A stretch of 64,000 bases of DNA from Botryllus schlosseri (taxonomy: Eukaryota): NCBI GenBank assembly GCA_051294905.1, contig CM119381.1, positions 24,986,001 to 25,050,000 on the forward strand. Reading direction: 5' to 3'. The notes beneath the pieces were generated by a model, which ran no database searches, was not told the origin of the DNA, and saw only the letters and a list, made by a program, of their open reading frames with translations. A program made the position numbers and the translations under genes. This document shows, piece after piece, positions 34,101 to 44,796 of the stretch. The stretch's first letter is position 1. Each line of letters starts with the position of its first letter.

Positions 34101-37100
34101 CAATGGGCCGTTTACAACGGTAGGCCTATAAAGTAGGCTACAAGCTGTAAAATGTCGAATGATAAGTTCAACCGACAGCAAAATCTACGATACAAGCGAA
34201 ATGCGGGTTGCAAAAAAATCCGACTCTGTAAACAATTTTGACATTTTTTTTTAACTTGACGCTACAATTGTAACACAATTTTGAACTTTTTTGACATGTA
34301 AAAAAAAATCGCCCTAGTCATCAGTATATGTATCTGGATAGTGTATGCGTATTTAATTTCAAATTTCATTACCCTAATCGTCAGGAGTCTCCAAAGATTA
34401 TCCACTCCGTGCAGTTCAATGTGATGGAATCCCAACGTGCGGAGGACTTGGTGACGAATGTTCAGCTTCACGTTGTGCTGAATCACAGCCAGAATTTTGT
34501 AAATTCCAAACCCGTGAGGGTAAAGGTTTTAGGTAAACTTCTTTTCTTGTAGGTAGATTTTGATAAAACGAACATTCACTATAGCACGAACCAGCAAAGA
34601 CCGAGTTACTGTTTGGTTTGCGATTGGTGGTAATTCGCTGATCCATGTAGGATAATGACCTCGTTTGAGATTCTCCCCTATATACTGGCTCACAACCTTT
34701 TTTCCTACCGTGCACTATGAGGTTCTATGATTTTGTTGCATACCAACAAATTGACGAAAAACTCAACCTTACTCCAATTATATATACGGTTATTAACATG
34801 GGCCGATTAGCAAATAAGTCGGCATCGAAATTTCGAAACAAATGCGACCCACGAGCTAATCACCCTCGATTGCTAATAACACAAAATTAAAAATTTGGTT
34901 GCAATTATTTCTTGTCCAAGAGCTGATCTAGGCGGGGTGCAACTGATTGGAATGATGCAAAAAGTACTTAACTGTGCTTTCGATGCTTATACCGTATGAC
35001 TGTACTAACAATTCTTCCCATACTTCATTTGTAAACGTCTTCAGTCCCACACATCGATTTGAAAATGTTATTTTTGTTTCTCGCAGGTGTAAGAACTCTG
35101 CAACAATATTGATAGGACGCGAAGTTTGCGATGGAGTTCCGACGTGCGACAAATTCCATTCCGAATTATCCGTCGACGAGCTTTTCTGCCCAAACAGGTA
35201 GTGCTAACACTATGTCATTTTATCGTTTACAGATTGGTACAGCGAAAACAACTCATTATTACCTGACACAATATACCCAATCCCCCTCGGTATAATATAC
35301 TTCTTGTATTCACAGATTTTACTGCGCGGATCGAGGTGCCAACCGATTGCCTATTCACATTCCACAGTCCGGCCGTTGTGACTGGATTCAGGTGATATTC
35401 ATATCAGCTCGTACGACAAGATTTTGTTACGAAGAATCTGTATGTGTGCGATAGTCCCAATGCGTGGTCCTAAAACAAAATTGTATTCTTTTTTCTCGTC
35501 ACTTTGGTACTACGAAGGCAATCTCAGTATCACAATGCCAAGCTTGATCACAATGCAAATTTCGAGACTTGTTTAGGGGGTTTCCTGGGCCATGAGCAGT
35601 ATAAAATTCATGTTTTCGTAATCAGTACAGCAGCAGCTTTCCATTGATACCCGTTTTATCGAATTTAGCGCGCGGCAAGCCGGTCAAAAATGGCCGTAAA
35701 GTTGCCTTTGGTCAAAGGGAAAGTATGACATATAACCCAAATGCAGTGAGCCATTCAGTCTCTCTGTGTCCACGCCATAGAGGACACTATGGTCCAACTA
35801 TACACTCGCCGAGGTGTTTTTTTGGTCTCTGTTTACGGTCTTGAACAGAAGTCTTGGTTCTGAGTAGATGTGGTCAAAGTAGTCAAGCAAGCTACTCAAG
35901 TAGAAGTAGAAGTAGCGACGAAAAAATCTGCTCAAGTACGAGTGGAAGTACTTTTCCATAAGCCACCTAAAACCGCCTGAAGTAGAAGTAGAAGTAATTG
36001 ACTTAAATCTACTCAAGTAAGTGCGTAGTTTTGAAAACAGCCTTAATTCGCTCCGCATGGACTGTCAACAGCTGAAAATTGAGCTATGCGGAAGATGCAG
36101 AGAGCTTGATTCGTATTGATGCATCCCAGGAGGTATCAATTTTCGACAGCATAAGCGTTATTTGGCATCATGAGATGCAAATTTTAGTATTGATATGAAA
36201 ATGGGATGCTAACGCCTTGTTTACTAGAAGATCCCGTTTTAGAGAATATCATGGTATGGCGCCCTACCACATATTATAAGGCCCCAAGTTTTGCCGAAGA
36301 GCAACTCGGATACGGTTTCAACACTTTGCGTGACTAGTATACGTTAATAACAGATATTGTGGATCGTAAAATTTATCTTTAGTGTAGCTTTATTTCCGGA
36401 AAATAGAGGCATTACTACACTTGCTTTTGCAACATGGATGTTCTGCAGACAAAGGAACTGGAAGTAATTAGAACTCAATGTATAATACTCGTAATTGAAA
36501 GAGAAATAAAAATACCACTTCTAAAAAGCGGAAAATATATTTCATGTCTTTTGTCCATAACGCTTCAAGGGTGATCTGCTAAAACTGGTGTATCATTCAA
36601 AAAGCAGGATTTTCCAGATTGGCAGGACAGGTCATGGGCTGCTAGATTACGAAATGAAAGGTATTTGCTAATTGCGAAACGGTAGGTTCAAACGTTATTG
36701 TGAGCCATAGTAACTGTGATGAAATATTTGATAAGGTGTGACAATGTGGTGTGAGCGGAACCAAGCAATCCGGTACCTAAATTATATTCACCGATACTGT
36801 CGCGAATACATATTTGTCACTCCATAACTACCGTGCAAGAAGCGCAACGAAATTTCTTGGCTTTTTCGACTTTTATGAATATTAAATGTTGGTACTCCGT
36901 GAAAACATACCCGAAATTCCTCAGGATATCTTTCGTATTGGGGGATTAAACTACTTCTACTTGACAAACTGAAAATAGCGATAAGTAAGTACGTAGATCA
37001 CAAAATATTGCGAAGTAGAAGTAGAGAAAATCAGATCTACTTGAATAAGTACCAGAAGTAGAGGAAAACTACTTGAGTACTTCCGAAAAGTAGAAGTACT

Positions 37101-38325
37101 TCGTTACTGACCACCTCTGATTCTGACTCCTGACAATCACTGCTTCCGATGGAATATTACAAGTTTCACACATAATCTTACTTGAGTATCATCAACGGCT
37201 GTCTTCTCTGCTCAAAGTCTCCCGCACGAGCGAATGTGAAATATTGTCACAAAGTACTAGCCGGATTCTGTCGACATCGATCTCTAATTATTATGTATTC
37301 ATTCAATTCTTTGTCATGACTGCGCCTAGAAAGTGAAACAGTGACGAAATGTGTGCCTGGGGTTTAAGAAAGACGATGACGCGTCACCTAAATATCACAG
37401 ATATCGCGGGAATGGAGTTATATCTTCCGCGAAAATCTTTTAGCAGCAGTTCGTATAGCGGGAGGGAAATGGCTACTGCCAAAATGTTTTTCACACGTCC
37501 AACTTGACTTTGAGGCCACGTCGTATTTAGAGCGCAGTGATAGTGCACTGACAGCCGCGATTGCATTCGGTAGTCGGCATCGGTAAATTGCAAGGGAGGC
37601 TTGCATTTGTTTGTCAAACTAACATTATTTATTCATTACTTCCGCAGGACTGCGCAGACATGAGTGACGAAATGGGTTGTTCAAATGGCACCCATTTCTA
37701 CTGTCGAAGAGGTACGCGCAGGACTTTCATAAAAGCCAACGAGGTGGGAAAATACCGATAGATATGGCATCAAGATTGTTACAACACTCACCATGATAGT
37801 ATGCGCGCCATGTGGCTGAATTAACATGTTCGTGTTTTCTCTTGTTATTTTTGTGGAGGCTGTCAAGTTATTCGAGAAGCTTCTCTCAAACCCAAAAAGT
37901 ACGAGTGTCCGTGAAATGTTTCGTGAGGCAATCTCTACCTCAACCTGTAGCATTGACGCTTCGGCGCGCGAAGCATCTGAAAATGATTTATCAACGATAT
38001 CATTACATTGGTTGCTTATTTTTGGGCGTATAGGTTTGTGACGGCATCAACGATTGCGATTCTGGTCTGGACGAATCTCAAAATTGCAGCACGACCTATA
38101 AATCTGCATGCAAGCGTCTGACACACAGCTTGACAGTTTGGAGTGTAATGTTATTAATTGTCGGTGAGATATAGTTCGATCGTAGCAACTATATAAAATA
38201 GCCAAACTTACCTAGAATCTTGATCAGCGATACCAGAGAGTCGATATCCAACGCCTCAGTACGAGAACCATCCAACCGACCGCATCTTCCAACTTTTCTC
38301 CGCAGGTTTTAGTGACGCTAATTAG
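19006..38325 (+). CDS. Gene B: multi-exon protein with about 11 LDLa-like modules and a C-terminal hydrophobic tail; 5' end unresolved
   Basis: Exons 19006-19111, 23912-24057, 26982-27102, 27650-27819, 28349-28519, 28646-28742, 29871-29977, 30051-30149, 34385-~34519, ~34557-34629, 35087-35197, 35316-35391, 37648-37743, 38034-38163, 38306-38325 chain in frame with AG/GT ends. Modules are reconstituted across junctions (LCP|DGSDE, DCIG|GTDEC, CDR|RFDC, CDWIQ|DCADMSDE, ANE|VCDGINDC). Confidence 0.85.
19194..20661 (+). mobile_element. Family F MITE interrupted by the fold-back element
   Basis: TIRs caggggcggccaacc/ggttggccacgccca; colinear with 58391-59058, which shows the empty site; TSD ctctatac/ttctatac (left copy 4 nt from the TIR). 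Confidence 0.85.
19606..20223. mobile_element. 618-bp almost fully palindromic (fold-back) MITE
   Basis: Arms of about 300 bp from tagggctgttcaaaaataac to gttatttttgaacagcccta, centre about 19905-19925; perfect TSD CTGTGCAT. Confidence 0.93.
21324..23110 (+). pseudogene. Decayed P-element (THAP9-like) transposase with N-terminal THAP zinc finger
   Basis: VNKCCVYGC...W...WEPT..SVICVLHF (C2CH THAP), LMVDEMYLQK, DDIHLVKNIRNNLL, KQNVNLA, FQSGPIEKRFSQYREMSGG are P-superfamily motifs. Probable start codon reads AAG; several frameshifts and deletions. Lies in the gene B intron 19112-23911. Confidence 0.88.
23912..24057 (+). CDS. Gene B exon (DGSDEFKYNASLESERGIECQVIRNPPSKRSCHLPHRYVCDKELDCIG)
   Basis: ctatttcag| ... 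G|gtatca; phase 2-1. Confidence 0.88.
24119..24955. mobile_element. CAGGGGTGGG-type MITE (GGGCCGCA repeats)
   Basis: Ends ...ggggaaactat/atagttttcccacccctg; TSD caatagag/cagtagag. Confidence 0.75.
25024..26645 (+). mobile_element. Family A element with a doubled 5' end (second 5' TIR at 25405)
   Basis: TIR cagaggtggtca/tgaccacctctg; perfect TSD CAATACAG. Confidence 0.92.
26982..27102 (+). CDS. Gene B exon (GTDECNCSHTFQCDGQCIVKSGFCDGAPNCDDRSDERQYH)
   Basis: gtgatag| ... AG|gtataa; phase 1-2. Confidence 0.88.
27650..27819 (+). CDS. Gene B exon (TSDAGFQCPVTKLRETNVCVLPDQYVCDGYPDCDHGIDECFCDF...)
   Basis: tttacacag| ... T|gtgagt; phase 2-1. Confidence 0.9.
28349..28519 (+). CDS. Gene B exon (SRSNGECFRCEDDSLIIPKRQQCDGVVHCTDLSDECSIEC...CT)
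   Basis: catttcag| ... G|gtgtac; phase 1-1. Confidence 0.88.
28646..28742 (+). CDS. Gene B exon (GIECNCTGNLVCAPPGHNTKERCLKETSICDR)
   Basis: ttgatatag| ... AG|gtagga; phase 1-2. Confidence 0.85.
29367..29763. mobile_element. MITE with TIR cagggttgtaa/ttacaaccctg and CGAGT repeats
   Basis: TSD gtcctaac/gtcctaaa. Confidence 0.85.
29871..29977 (+). CDS. Gene B exon (FDCANGWDENFCPNEEQFFKCYDKKLIIQKTLLCD)
   Basis: ggtttcag| ... G|gtacgc; phase 2-1, 107 nt. Confidence 0.88.
30051..30149 (+). CDS. Gene B exon (GIPDCEDSSDELNCGSLTDFICNTYRVFFPHIT)
   Basis: tttccatcag| ... G|gtaact; completes CDG-IPDCEDSSDE; 3' boundary less certain. Confidence 0.8.
30523..31802 (-). mobile_element. Family A element, full length, inverted relative to 25024-26645
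   Basis: Perfect TSD TTTGTAAG. Confidence 0.92.
31905..32895 (+). mobile_element. Family B MITE, second copy
   Basis: Same TIRs and body as 13672-14646; TSD gtaaat(a)c degenerate. Confidence 0.9.
33059..33109 (+). CDS. Candidate optional exon of gene B (DWDNNTQTASVHPPPGR)
   Basis: ctctttatatag| ... A|gtaaat; symmetric phase 1-1, 51 nt, open; no domain support. Confidence 0.3.
33459..34316. mobile_element. hAT-type MITE (TIR tagggcgattttt/aaaaatcgcccta)
   Basis: Perfect TSD GTCATCAG. Confidence 0.88.
34385..34519 (+). CDS. Gene B exon (GVSKDYPLRAVQCDGIPTCGGLGDECSASRCAESQPEF...)
   Basis: aatcgtcag| phase 1; CDGIPTC...DEC motif; three alternative phase-1 donors (34498, 34513, 34519). Confidence 0.7.
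34557..34629 (+). CDS. Probable gene B linker exon (FDKTNIHYSTNQQRPSYCLVCDW)
   Basis: The only open phase 1-2 segment I found bridging to 35087; donor TG|gtaatt; the upstream intron is plausible (58 nt) only with the 34498 donor. Confidence 0.45.
35087..35197 (+). CDS. Gene B exon (CKNSATILIGREVCDGVPTCDKFHSELSVDELFCPN)
   Basis: tttctcgcag| ... AG|gtagtg; phase 2-2. Confidence 0.85.
35316..35391 (+). CDS. Gene B exon (FYCADRGANRLPIHIPQSGRCDWIQ)
   Basis: tattcacag| ... CAG|gtgata; phase 2-0. Confidence 0.82.
35865..37119 (+). mobile_element. Family A element, full length
   Basis: Colinear with the other copies; TSD gttctgag/attctgac. Confidence 0.9.
37648..37743 (+). CDS. Gene B exon (DCADMSDEMGCSNGTHFYCRRGTRRTFIKANE)
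   Basis: acttccgcag| ... GAG|gtggga; phase 0-0. Confidence 0.88.
38034..38163 (+). CDS. Gene B exon (VCDGINDCDSGLDESQNCSTTYKSACKRLTHSLTVWSVMLLIV)
   Basis: cgtatag| ... G|gtgaga; last LDLa module followed by a hydrophobic stretch. Confidence 0.85.
38306..38325 (+). CDS. Candidate terminal coding exon of gene B (GFSDAN*)
   Basis: Strong acceptor ccaacttttctccgcag; phase-1 reading stops after 6 codons (phase 0 would give VLVTLISG*). Confidence 0.5.
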
Positions 38326-38661
38326 TGGCTGAGAGTCGGGCAGAACAAGATCATGGCGCAGCCTCCTTGCACGTTGTGATTCGTCGCCTCGTCGCGAACG
38401 AATCACGGAACTCGGAACACGAAGCTTGTCAAATTGCCTGCAATATGTTCTAAGCCTATACATCGTTTGTAATGGTCCTATTATTCGAATGACAGCATGT
38501 ATTTCCATACGGATGGTAATCGTATAATATAATGTCAAACAACGATCATGATTCATTGTTTGTTTGTCGGCGATTGCGCAATGCGCATTCGTTATCTTTA
38601 AATTGCAAATCACGAAGTTATATAGCTATATTCTTCAATAGCATGTGTTCCTAATAGTGAC

Positions 38662-38903
38662 TTGTTATTGTTATGGTTGTTTGGGGTATCCATGGAGTTT
38701 GTCGACTACGAGGGTCATTTGCGCCAGGCCGGTATTCTATATTTTTTTATTCCGTATTTGCCGACTTGTGGCACGACCAGGCTCTAGGCTTTTTTTTAAG
38801 ACGCCGCTTTCATGGATTAGATGGCGAGGAGGAGCCTAAATAAACCTCCGACACTTTGGTAGGAATTCCGGAGTCGACCTCCGTCGCACTCGAACCCACA
38901 AGC
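38662..38903 (-). mobile_element. SINE copy, reverse orientation
   Basis: Reverse complement of the SINE body including gggttcgagtgc. Confidence 0.8.
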
Positions 38904-38904
38904 C

Positions 38905-39370
38905 TGGGAAAAATCGAGTACCTGAGCGATTCGATTCTGAATCACGTATTATGCTTCGAGTGGAAGATTCGAGTATCACTCATTATGACGTCACAACAGA
39001 AATGATACGTCAAATTTCAAATATGTAGCTTTTATGCCACCACAAAGAATATAGTGAGTGTTATCCATCACAATCCTATTAAAGTTGCTTTGGTATTTTT
39101 TTGACCTTACCGATTTCGTTGCGCTTTGTGACAATGTTTTAGGATGATCACGACCTCGAAGATGTGCTGTTATATCCAGTAAAGTTCGTATTTTGCGGTA
39201 CGGCCAATCAAGATGTCAATGCTTCTATAGTAGAAAATTATATCGAAACTATAATTCTCGTTGATAAATTAACCTTCAGTAGCGAGAAGCGTATCATCTC
39301 AGTACTGGAAAAAATCATCGTCTTTCACTACTCGACTCGAATCATTAAAATTAATACTCGAATCATTGTG
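38905..39370 (+). repeat. CGAGTA/TACTCG-rich MITE relic; related pieces at about 45590-45890 and 46930-47065
   Basis: Shared blocks aaatcgagta..., tatgacgtca..., ccacaaagaatata, atcgaaactataatt. Confidence 0.65.
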
Positions 39371-39502
39371 CGCAGTTCTACGCCACAACCCACTGGTGCT
39401 GCAGCTGTGGATTATACCACTACGCTATCTCGCCCCCCAATGGTAACTTAAAATACATTACCCGGCCTACGGTAGCATAAGAAACATTTCGAACCGCTAG
39501 AT

Positions 39503-40647
39503 CAGTTGTTCTTATCCCTGTCTCCAGCGCCCCCCAGGGGCGATTTGGATTTTGAAGGGGGCGGAAACGCTCAGTTGGCGAAATGGGGGGCGCTGGGCTC
39601 AGGGGAGCGGTATAGGGGCGCTGAAGAAAAATGGCCTCGCAGTAGATGGTGTACTAAGGACATTTGATTATACAGGAGAACACTCATTGCAAACTTTCAT
39701 TCGACAAAATCTGTTAAAGCACCAAGTTTTTCGTTGCGCTCATCGCGAAATATCCACCGACCATGTTTCCATGAATGCAGTGTTTTTTTTAATTCATGTG
39801 AAAAGAATTTGGCGTACTTTTGGCTAGCCAATTCCCCGCTATAACCCTCCCGCCACGCTAGCTACTCCAAGTCGTTTCGACACCTTCCTATCTTGTTGTT
39901 GTATCGCAGTTTTGTGCTGTTTTGAAATGAGGAAAATATTGATACACTGATAGTTATACTGATAGCTCGGGTCCTTTTCCTCAAAATGTTTTGAACTAGT
40001 TATTTTATCCCGCAGCGCACTGCGAGTCGAAATCGAGAAGGCCCTGTAGGCTACTGTACAACTTTTGAGAGTGATTCCCTTTGTAAATTAAAGATGTTTT
40101 GAAGCTTTTTGGCCGAAATAATTAACTAAATATGCTTGTATTTAAGAGCTACGAAACTAAATCGTCAAAATATTTCTTCATCGTATCATAAAGGATGATA
40201 CTTCTAGTGTTGCTAGCTGGCTACCCCCATTCATGTTAAAGTTAAGAGCTTGGTGCAGGACTAAATTTATTGTGAGCAAATATCTACCCCATTCTGAGTT
40301 GATTTAGTATAGTCACACAGAGCAATAAAACAGAACCCAATACAATTAACTTCCCCGTATTGCCAATCGCAGAGGAGGATTCATGACTTGTACATCGATC
40401 TCGAACCAAATTTTATGAGCCCGTAGGCCTTACCCGATGACTGTTATAACAACCTGGATTTCATCCCGAAAATAGCACATACCATTATAATGTTAATTAT
40501 TCAAGTGGTCTAATAGTGAAGTCCCAACCAGAAAGCGGACTTCGACCACTTACCCATTGTTTTTACTACAGTCCTTAAAATAGGGGGGCGCCAGACTTGG
40601 GCAATTTTTGAAAGGGGGCGCTGGAGAAAAATGGTTAAGAACCACTG
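39503..40647. mobile_element. CAGTGGTTCT-type element (GGGGGCGC repeats)
   Basis: TIRs cagttgttctta/taagaaccactg; perfect TSD CGCTAGAT. Confidence 0.88.
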
Positions 40648-43236
40648 CGCTAGATTACGCTGCTGTCAATCATCGAATGTATGGAATCAGGATGCGCCTG
40701 CGCCGCGTCATGTGCAAATAAATATCGATTCGCGTCAAAAGATTTCTCGGCAAGTCAATATATCTCCGAAACGATGCGTGTTTGTAGTTAGCGCGGCTGG
40801 TGGCACTTCAAACACTTATTCCAAAGTAGCTATCGCTATCGGGGTATGGTTTACCAACACGGAAAATACGAATGTTCGTAAACTTGTTTTACCGAAATCT
40901 GGTCGGGCAGAAATCAAAATTGAGGCAACTGTATAACAATGTATGACGGTATGGAGCACTTCACCTAGGCCAAGGTGGGTGTCTGATTTCAAAGACTATA
41001 CTCCAGGTCGTTTCGACACCTTTCCTATCGTTTCATTGTATCGCAGTTTTGTGGTGTTTTGAAATGATGAAAATATTAATAAACTGATACTGATACCGAA
41101 TACAATTTGAGATATCACAGTAATATGATCGCCCCATACTGGACCCTCAAGAGCTGTTAAGTGTAGGGGCAAGCATACATTGCGCCGTCCAACACTCTGA
41201 ACATGGCATCCATATATAGATTACGTAATGGCCGATGGTATAGTAACTATAAGGGAATGCGCGTACCGATTTAAACTCATCTATTTTGGAATCAACTCAT
41301 GTACTTCGAATTTTTGTAAATCCCGAAGTTAATTATTGATGGGAGACATGGTCTGTAAACATGTTGCGTGAATGAGTCCAAGGAAAACGAAGATAGATTA
41401 ACGACTAAGTATTACACGTTATACTTGAAAGAAAAACACTCCCCTCTAGTGATTTCGTACATCGGTCTCATTGGCGCGATCCATGTCTCGTGCCATTGAT
41501 TCAACGCTATGGCGTAAATTCCAGGCATACCTGGAACATCACCACCCACTTTGAAACATTCGAAAAAATGCATACGCCGCTAATCCAAAATCAAAGAGGC
41601 AAGGACAACTTTATTCCGGGGTATTAGATAAAATCTGTGAACGGAGACAGCTTTGACATATATGAAACGGTCGGTCCTGTATCTATTTAAGTTTAAGTTA
41701 AGTGGGCTGAAGGTCCATCTAGCAGAAATTGATCAAATTTCATTTGAACTCACTGCGTAGGTCAAGAGTATTTGCTATTCGGTCAATACATATTGAAGCA
41801 ACCTCCCTCCGAGTTTTATCCAAGAATCGCGTTTAAGCTGTACGTGCTTTGCGGGATTATGTTGGGTTGAGACTTGACTATATCGGTACAATAATTATGA
41901 AACAGATGCTGCCTTGTGATAGAGTGAACAGTGAACTGAACACTTTTTACCCCGATGTCTACGCTTTCTGCATTCTACCATGGAATCAAGAGATTTTTAT
42001 TTGGATCCATTTCCATTTTTTCATTTCAACACGACATCGGTGTTTGGGTTTCTGAATGCGAAAACTTGGACTATATCCGATTTTTGGTCAGCATTTGAGA
42101 AGTGCTTAGTATGATCAGATATGCACTTGATGGAATGCGGCGATATGATCGACAGGCAGTGCTGACACACTGATAAGTCATAGGATTGAGATGCGCAAAT
42201 GGCCGTATGAACCAAGTCAACCGCCGCGAGTTGAAATTGATGTAGCCGCACAACGAACAGTCGCGATCCGCGCACCCGCACGCTTGTTGCAAAGATCGCA
42301 GCTCTTTGCGTCACTGTTTCGACATACCAACGCTTAGCAGTCATAAAGATCATTCTACTCCATTCGTGATGACGCACGCCGCATGTCGCGCAAACAGCGA
42401 GTAATAACAGTCGCATATCCCCCGGGATTTACCAGCTGCCTCGGCGTCCCGCGAAAGCCACTCAAATCCACCAAGTCACATTGCGTGAGATAAAATACTG
42501 CGTGCTTCACGTGACGGGAACTGCAAGTAGAATTCCTGATGCTTGTTTGTGGTTTCTGAATCACTGTGGTCGGGATAATTCCATCTTATCTTGTAGTGAG
42601 AGGAATCAAGGATCAGCGATTGCTGATAAGAGCATTCGCGTTCATTTGCATCGGAGTGTTACGGATTTAATTAAGGTTGTTTCATAGCATGAAGCAGGTG
42701 AGTCAACAAGTGGAGCGGCCCATCTAGCAGAATTATTTGAAAACAACTTGTAGATCAACGGTTGCGTTTACGGAACAACACCGGGGAGTTGTTGACAAGG
42801 CCCGACTCGTGTTGGTGGCAATTGGTAGGCTACTTATGGTAGGCTTGGTGGCAATGGCTGGCGGTTAATTCTAACTACCGTTAATGATAAGGAACTATAC
42901 GAGTCGCTAATAGTGGAGGAAAGACGTGGAGCTAGTAGAACTACAGAGGGGAAAAATAGTTTCAAGACGAGAATTGCATTCTTCAGTTGCTATTGGTGTT
43001 TAACCTAAGGCCTCTCAACATAGCTGTTTTTCGCTGCATCCAGCCAGTAGCTCGGAATCCAATCATTGCGTACTAGAAAGTATATGTAGCATAATTCACG
43101 TAGCCCATAAGCCAGACTGTTTGGCGTATATACGTGTCACATTAGCCGATTAGCGCAAAAGCTCTCTCTCTCTGCCTGTAGTAGCTTTGCCAGAAGCGTT
43201 GACACCCGATAAGCTATAGAACGCAATTAGCGAGTC

Positions 43237-43410
43237 GGGTTTGTTTGCTTTGTGTTATTACTGGTGCCTACTATGGTCAGGTCAATGGTCATGGTCATTT
43301 TCATCAGGCAAATTTTCTGCATTTTTAACAAGTAGCTGCCGACTTGTAGCACGGCCCACTTCTAGGCTTTTATAAGACATCGCTTACGCTTACACGGATG
43401 ATATGGCGAG
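43237..43410 (-). mobile_element. SINE 3' portion, reverse orientation
   Basis: ttgtagcacggcccacttctaggct matches the SINE body; AAAC tail on the minus strand. Confidence 0.7.
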
Positions 43411-44243
43411 AGCAAGTCGTGTATATCTATTATCTACATTCCGATAACCCGTGTTTAGCTCGAGACACAGCGCGCAAAGCGATAGGCCTGCAACACCTTG
43501 GGAAAAGGGGAAGTAATTAGTGAGAGTGGAAACACACCATCTCACCTATTTTGGATCTCAATGCCATGACTTCACCAAGGAAACGTTCCGTTGCACCGTG
43601 GCGCCATTGGGCATTGTTGCCCCCTTGTAAACGTACGTTTCGGACATATCCTATTTCAAATTATAAATAACACAACTAATAACTGTTGCCATTATAAATC
43701 CACCCATATACACAGCCCTGGTAACCATAAATCATTCATTGAGCTGTTGCCTTAAAAGTCCATCTGAATGACTATGACTATTGTACGGAGTATGGTTAAC
43801 AGTTTTGTAGTGCAGCGTCTGCCGCATTGCTGGTATAATTTCTGACGTTAACTCTCCTGCAGAAATCTACAATTGATAACGTCATTCATAGGAGACCGCT
43901 ATGGTAAAGAGAAACGGCATGACAGTTCAGATATAAATATGCAAATGCATCAATAATTCAGTGGTCTATATTGGAAAATATCTATGGTAAATATGATATT
44001 AGTTCTGGGGAAATCTTCGTTTCGATATTATGCGACACGAAGAGTTGTGAACAGATAATTTCGGGGTCAAATGACGGGAATATGTGCCGTGTTTAAAACC
44101 AGAACCTAAATCAAAGTTATACCACGGTATAAATCGAGTACAACATATTAATCGAAATTATGCATGCACGTAAGAATGGTATGCACGTGGTCACATGATT
44201 TATGACCACGATATAATTCTGAGTTGGGCCTTTTTTCGTATAC

Positions 44244-44796
44244 CATCCTTTTCGGCCATTTGGGTCTGAATACACATTTTTTTCGCTAATGCGTAATCTT
44301 AATGACAGAAAATGATCCGTGCAGTTTGCATCACTCCCAATATTTATTTCTATTTCGGGCAATGGTTTCTCTGCGGGAATCAGAACGGCTTTCAAAATAT
44401 TTACGCAGTACGCAGTGTCATCTCTGAACATCGGTATTTCTCAATACTGCATGCATATGGCCGTATTTAAACAAAATTTCCAACCCGTCTTACTTGAATG
44501 AATGATTCATTGCCTGTAATATCCACAGATTCTTTGTGCGTAATATTTCCGTCTGCTCGCAGTGGAGAATCTTGATTGTGACTGATCTGCTGAGTGGGTA
44601 TTTTGACAATGTGTTGATAACGTTGTGATGCGCGCATTGTCGAATGCAAATCTACACAGGGAACGTTACTATCAGTTGTCGTTTGTTTCTGTAGTACATC
44701 ATGAATCTTCCAATGTCTTACCACTGAAACCATGAATTTAAACGTAAGCTGTGCAGTACAGCAGTCTTCGTATTCGTAGTCATTTATATAGCGGGT
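44244..44796 (-). CDS. Speculative small-intron gene fragment: exons 44796-44722, 44651-44494, 44423-44244
   Basis: Two 70-nt introns, both starting gtaagac, join three open frames in phase (TRYINDYEYEDCC.../ICIRQCAHH.../DDTAYCVNILKAVLIPAEKPLPEIE...); no recognisable domain. Confidence 0.3.

Noticed and set aside
33990-34250. Candidate gene B exons (DVRTMQCPRN..., LQAVKCRM...)
   Set aside because: They lie inside the TSD-bounded element 33459-34316.
38224-38613. 129-aa minus ORF
   Set aside because: Antisense to the gene B 3' end, no recognisable domain or splice context.
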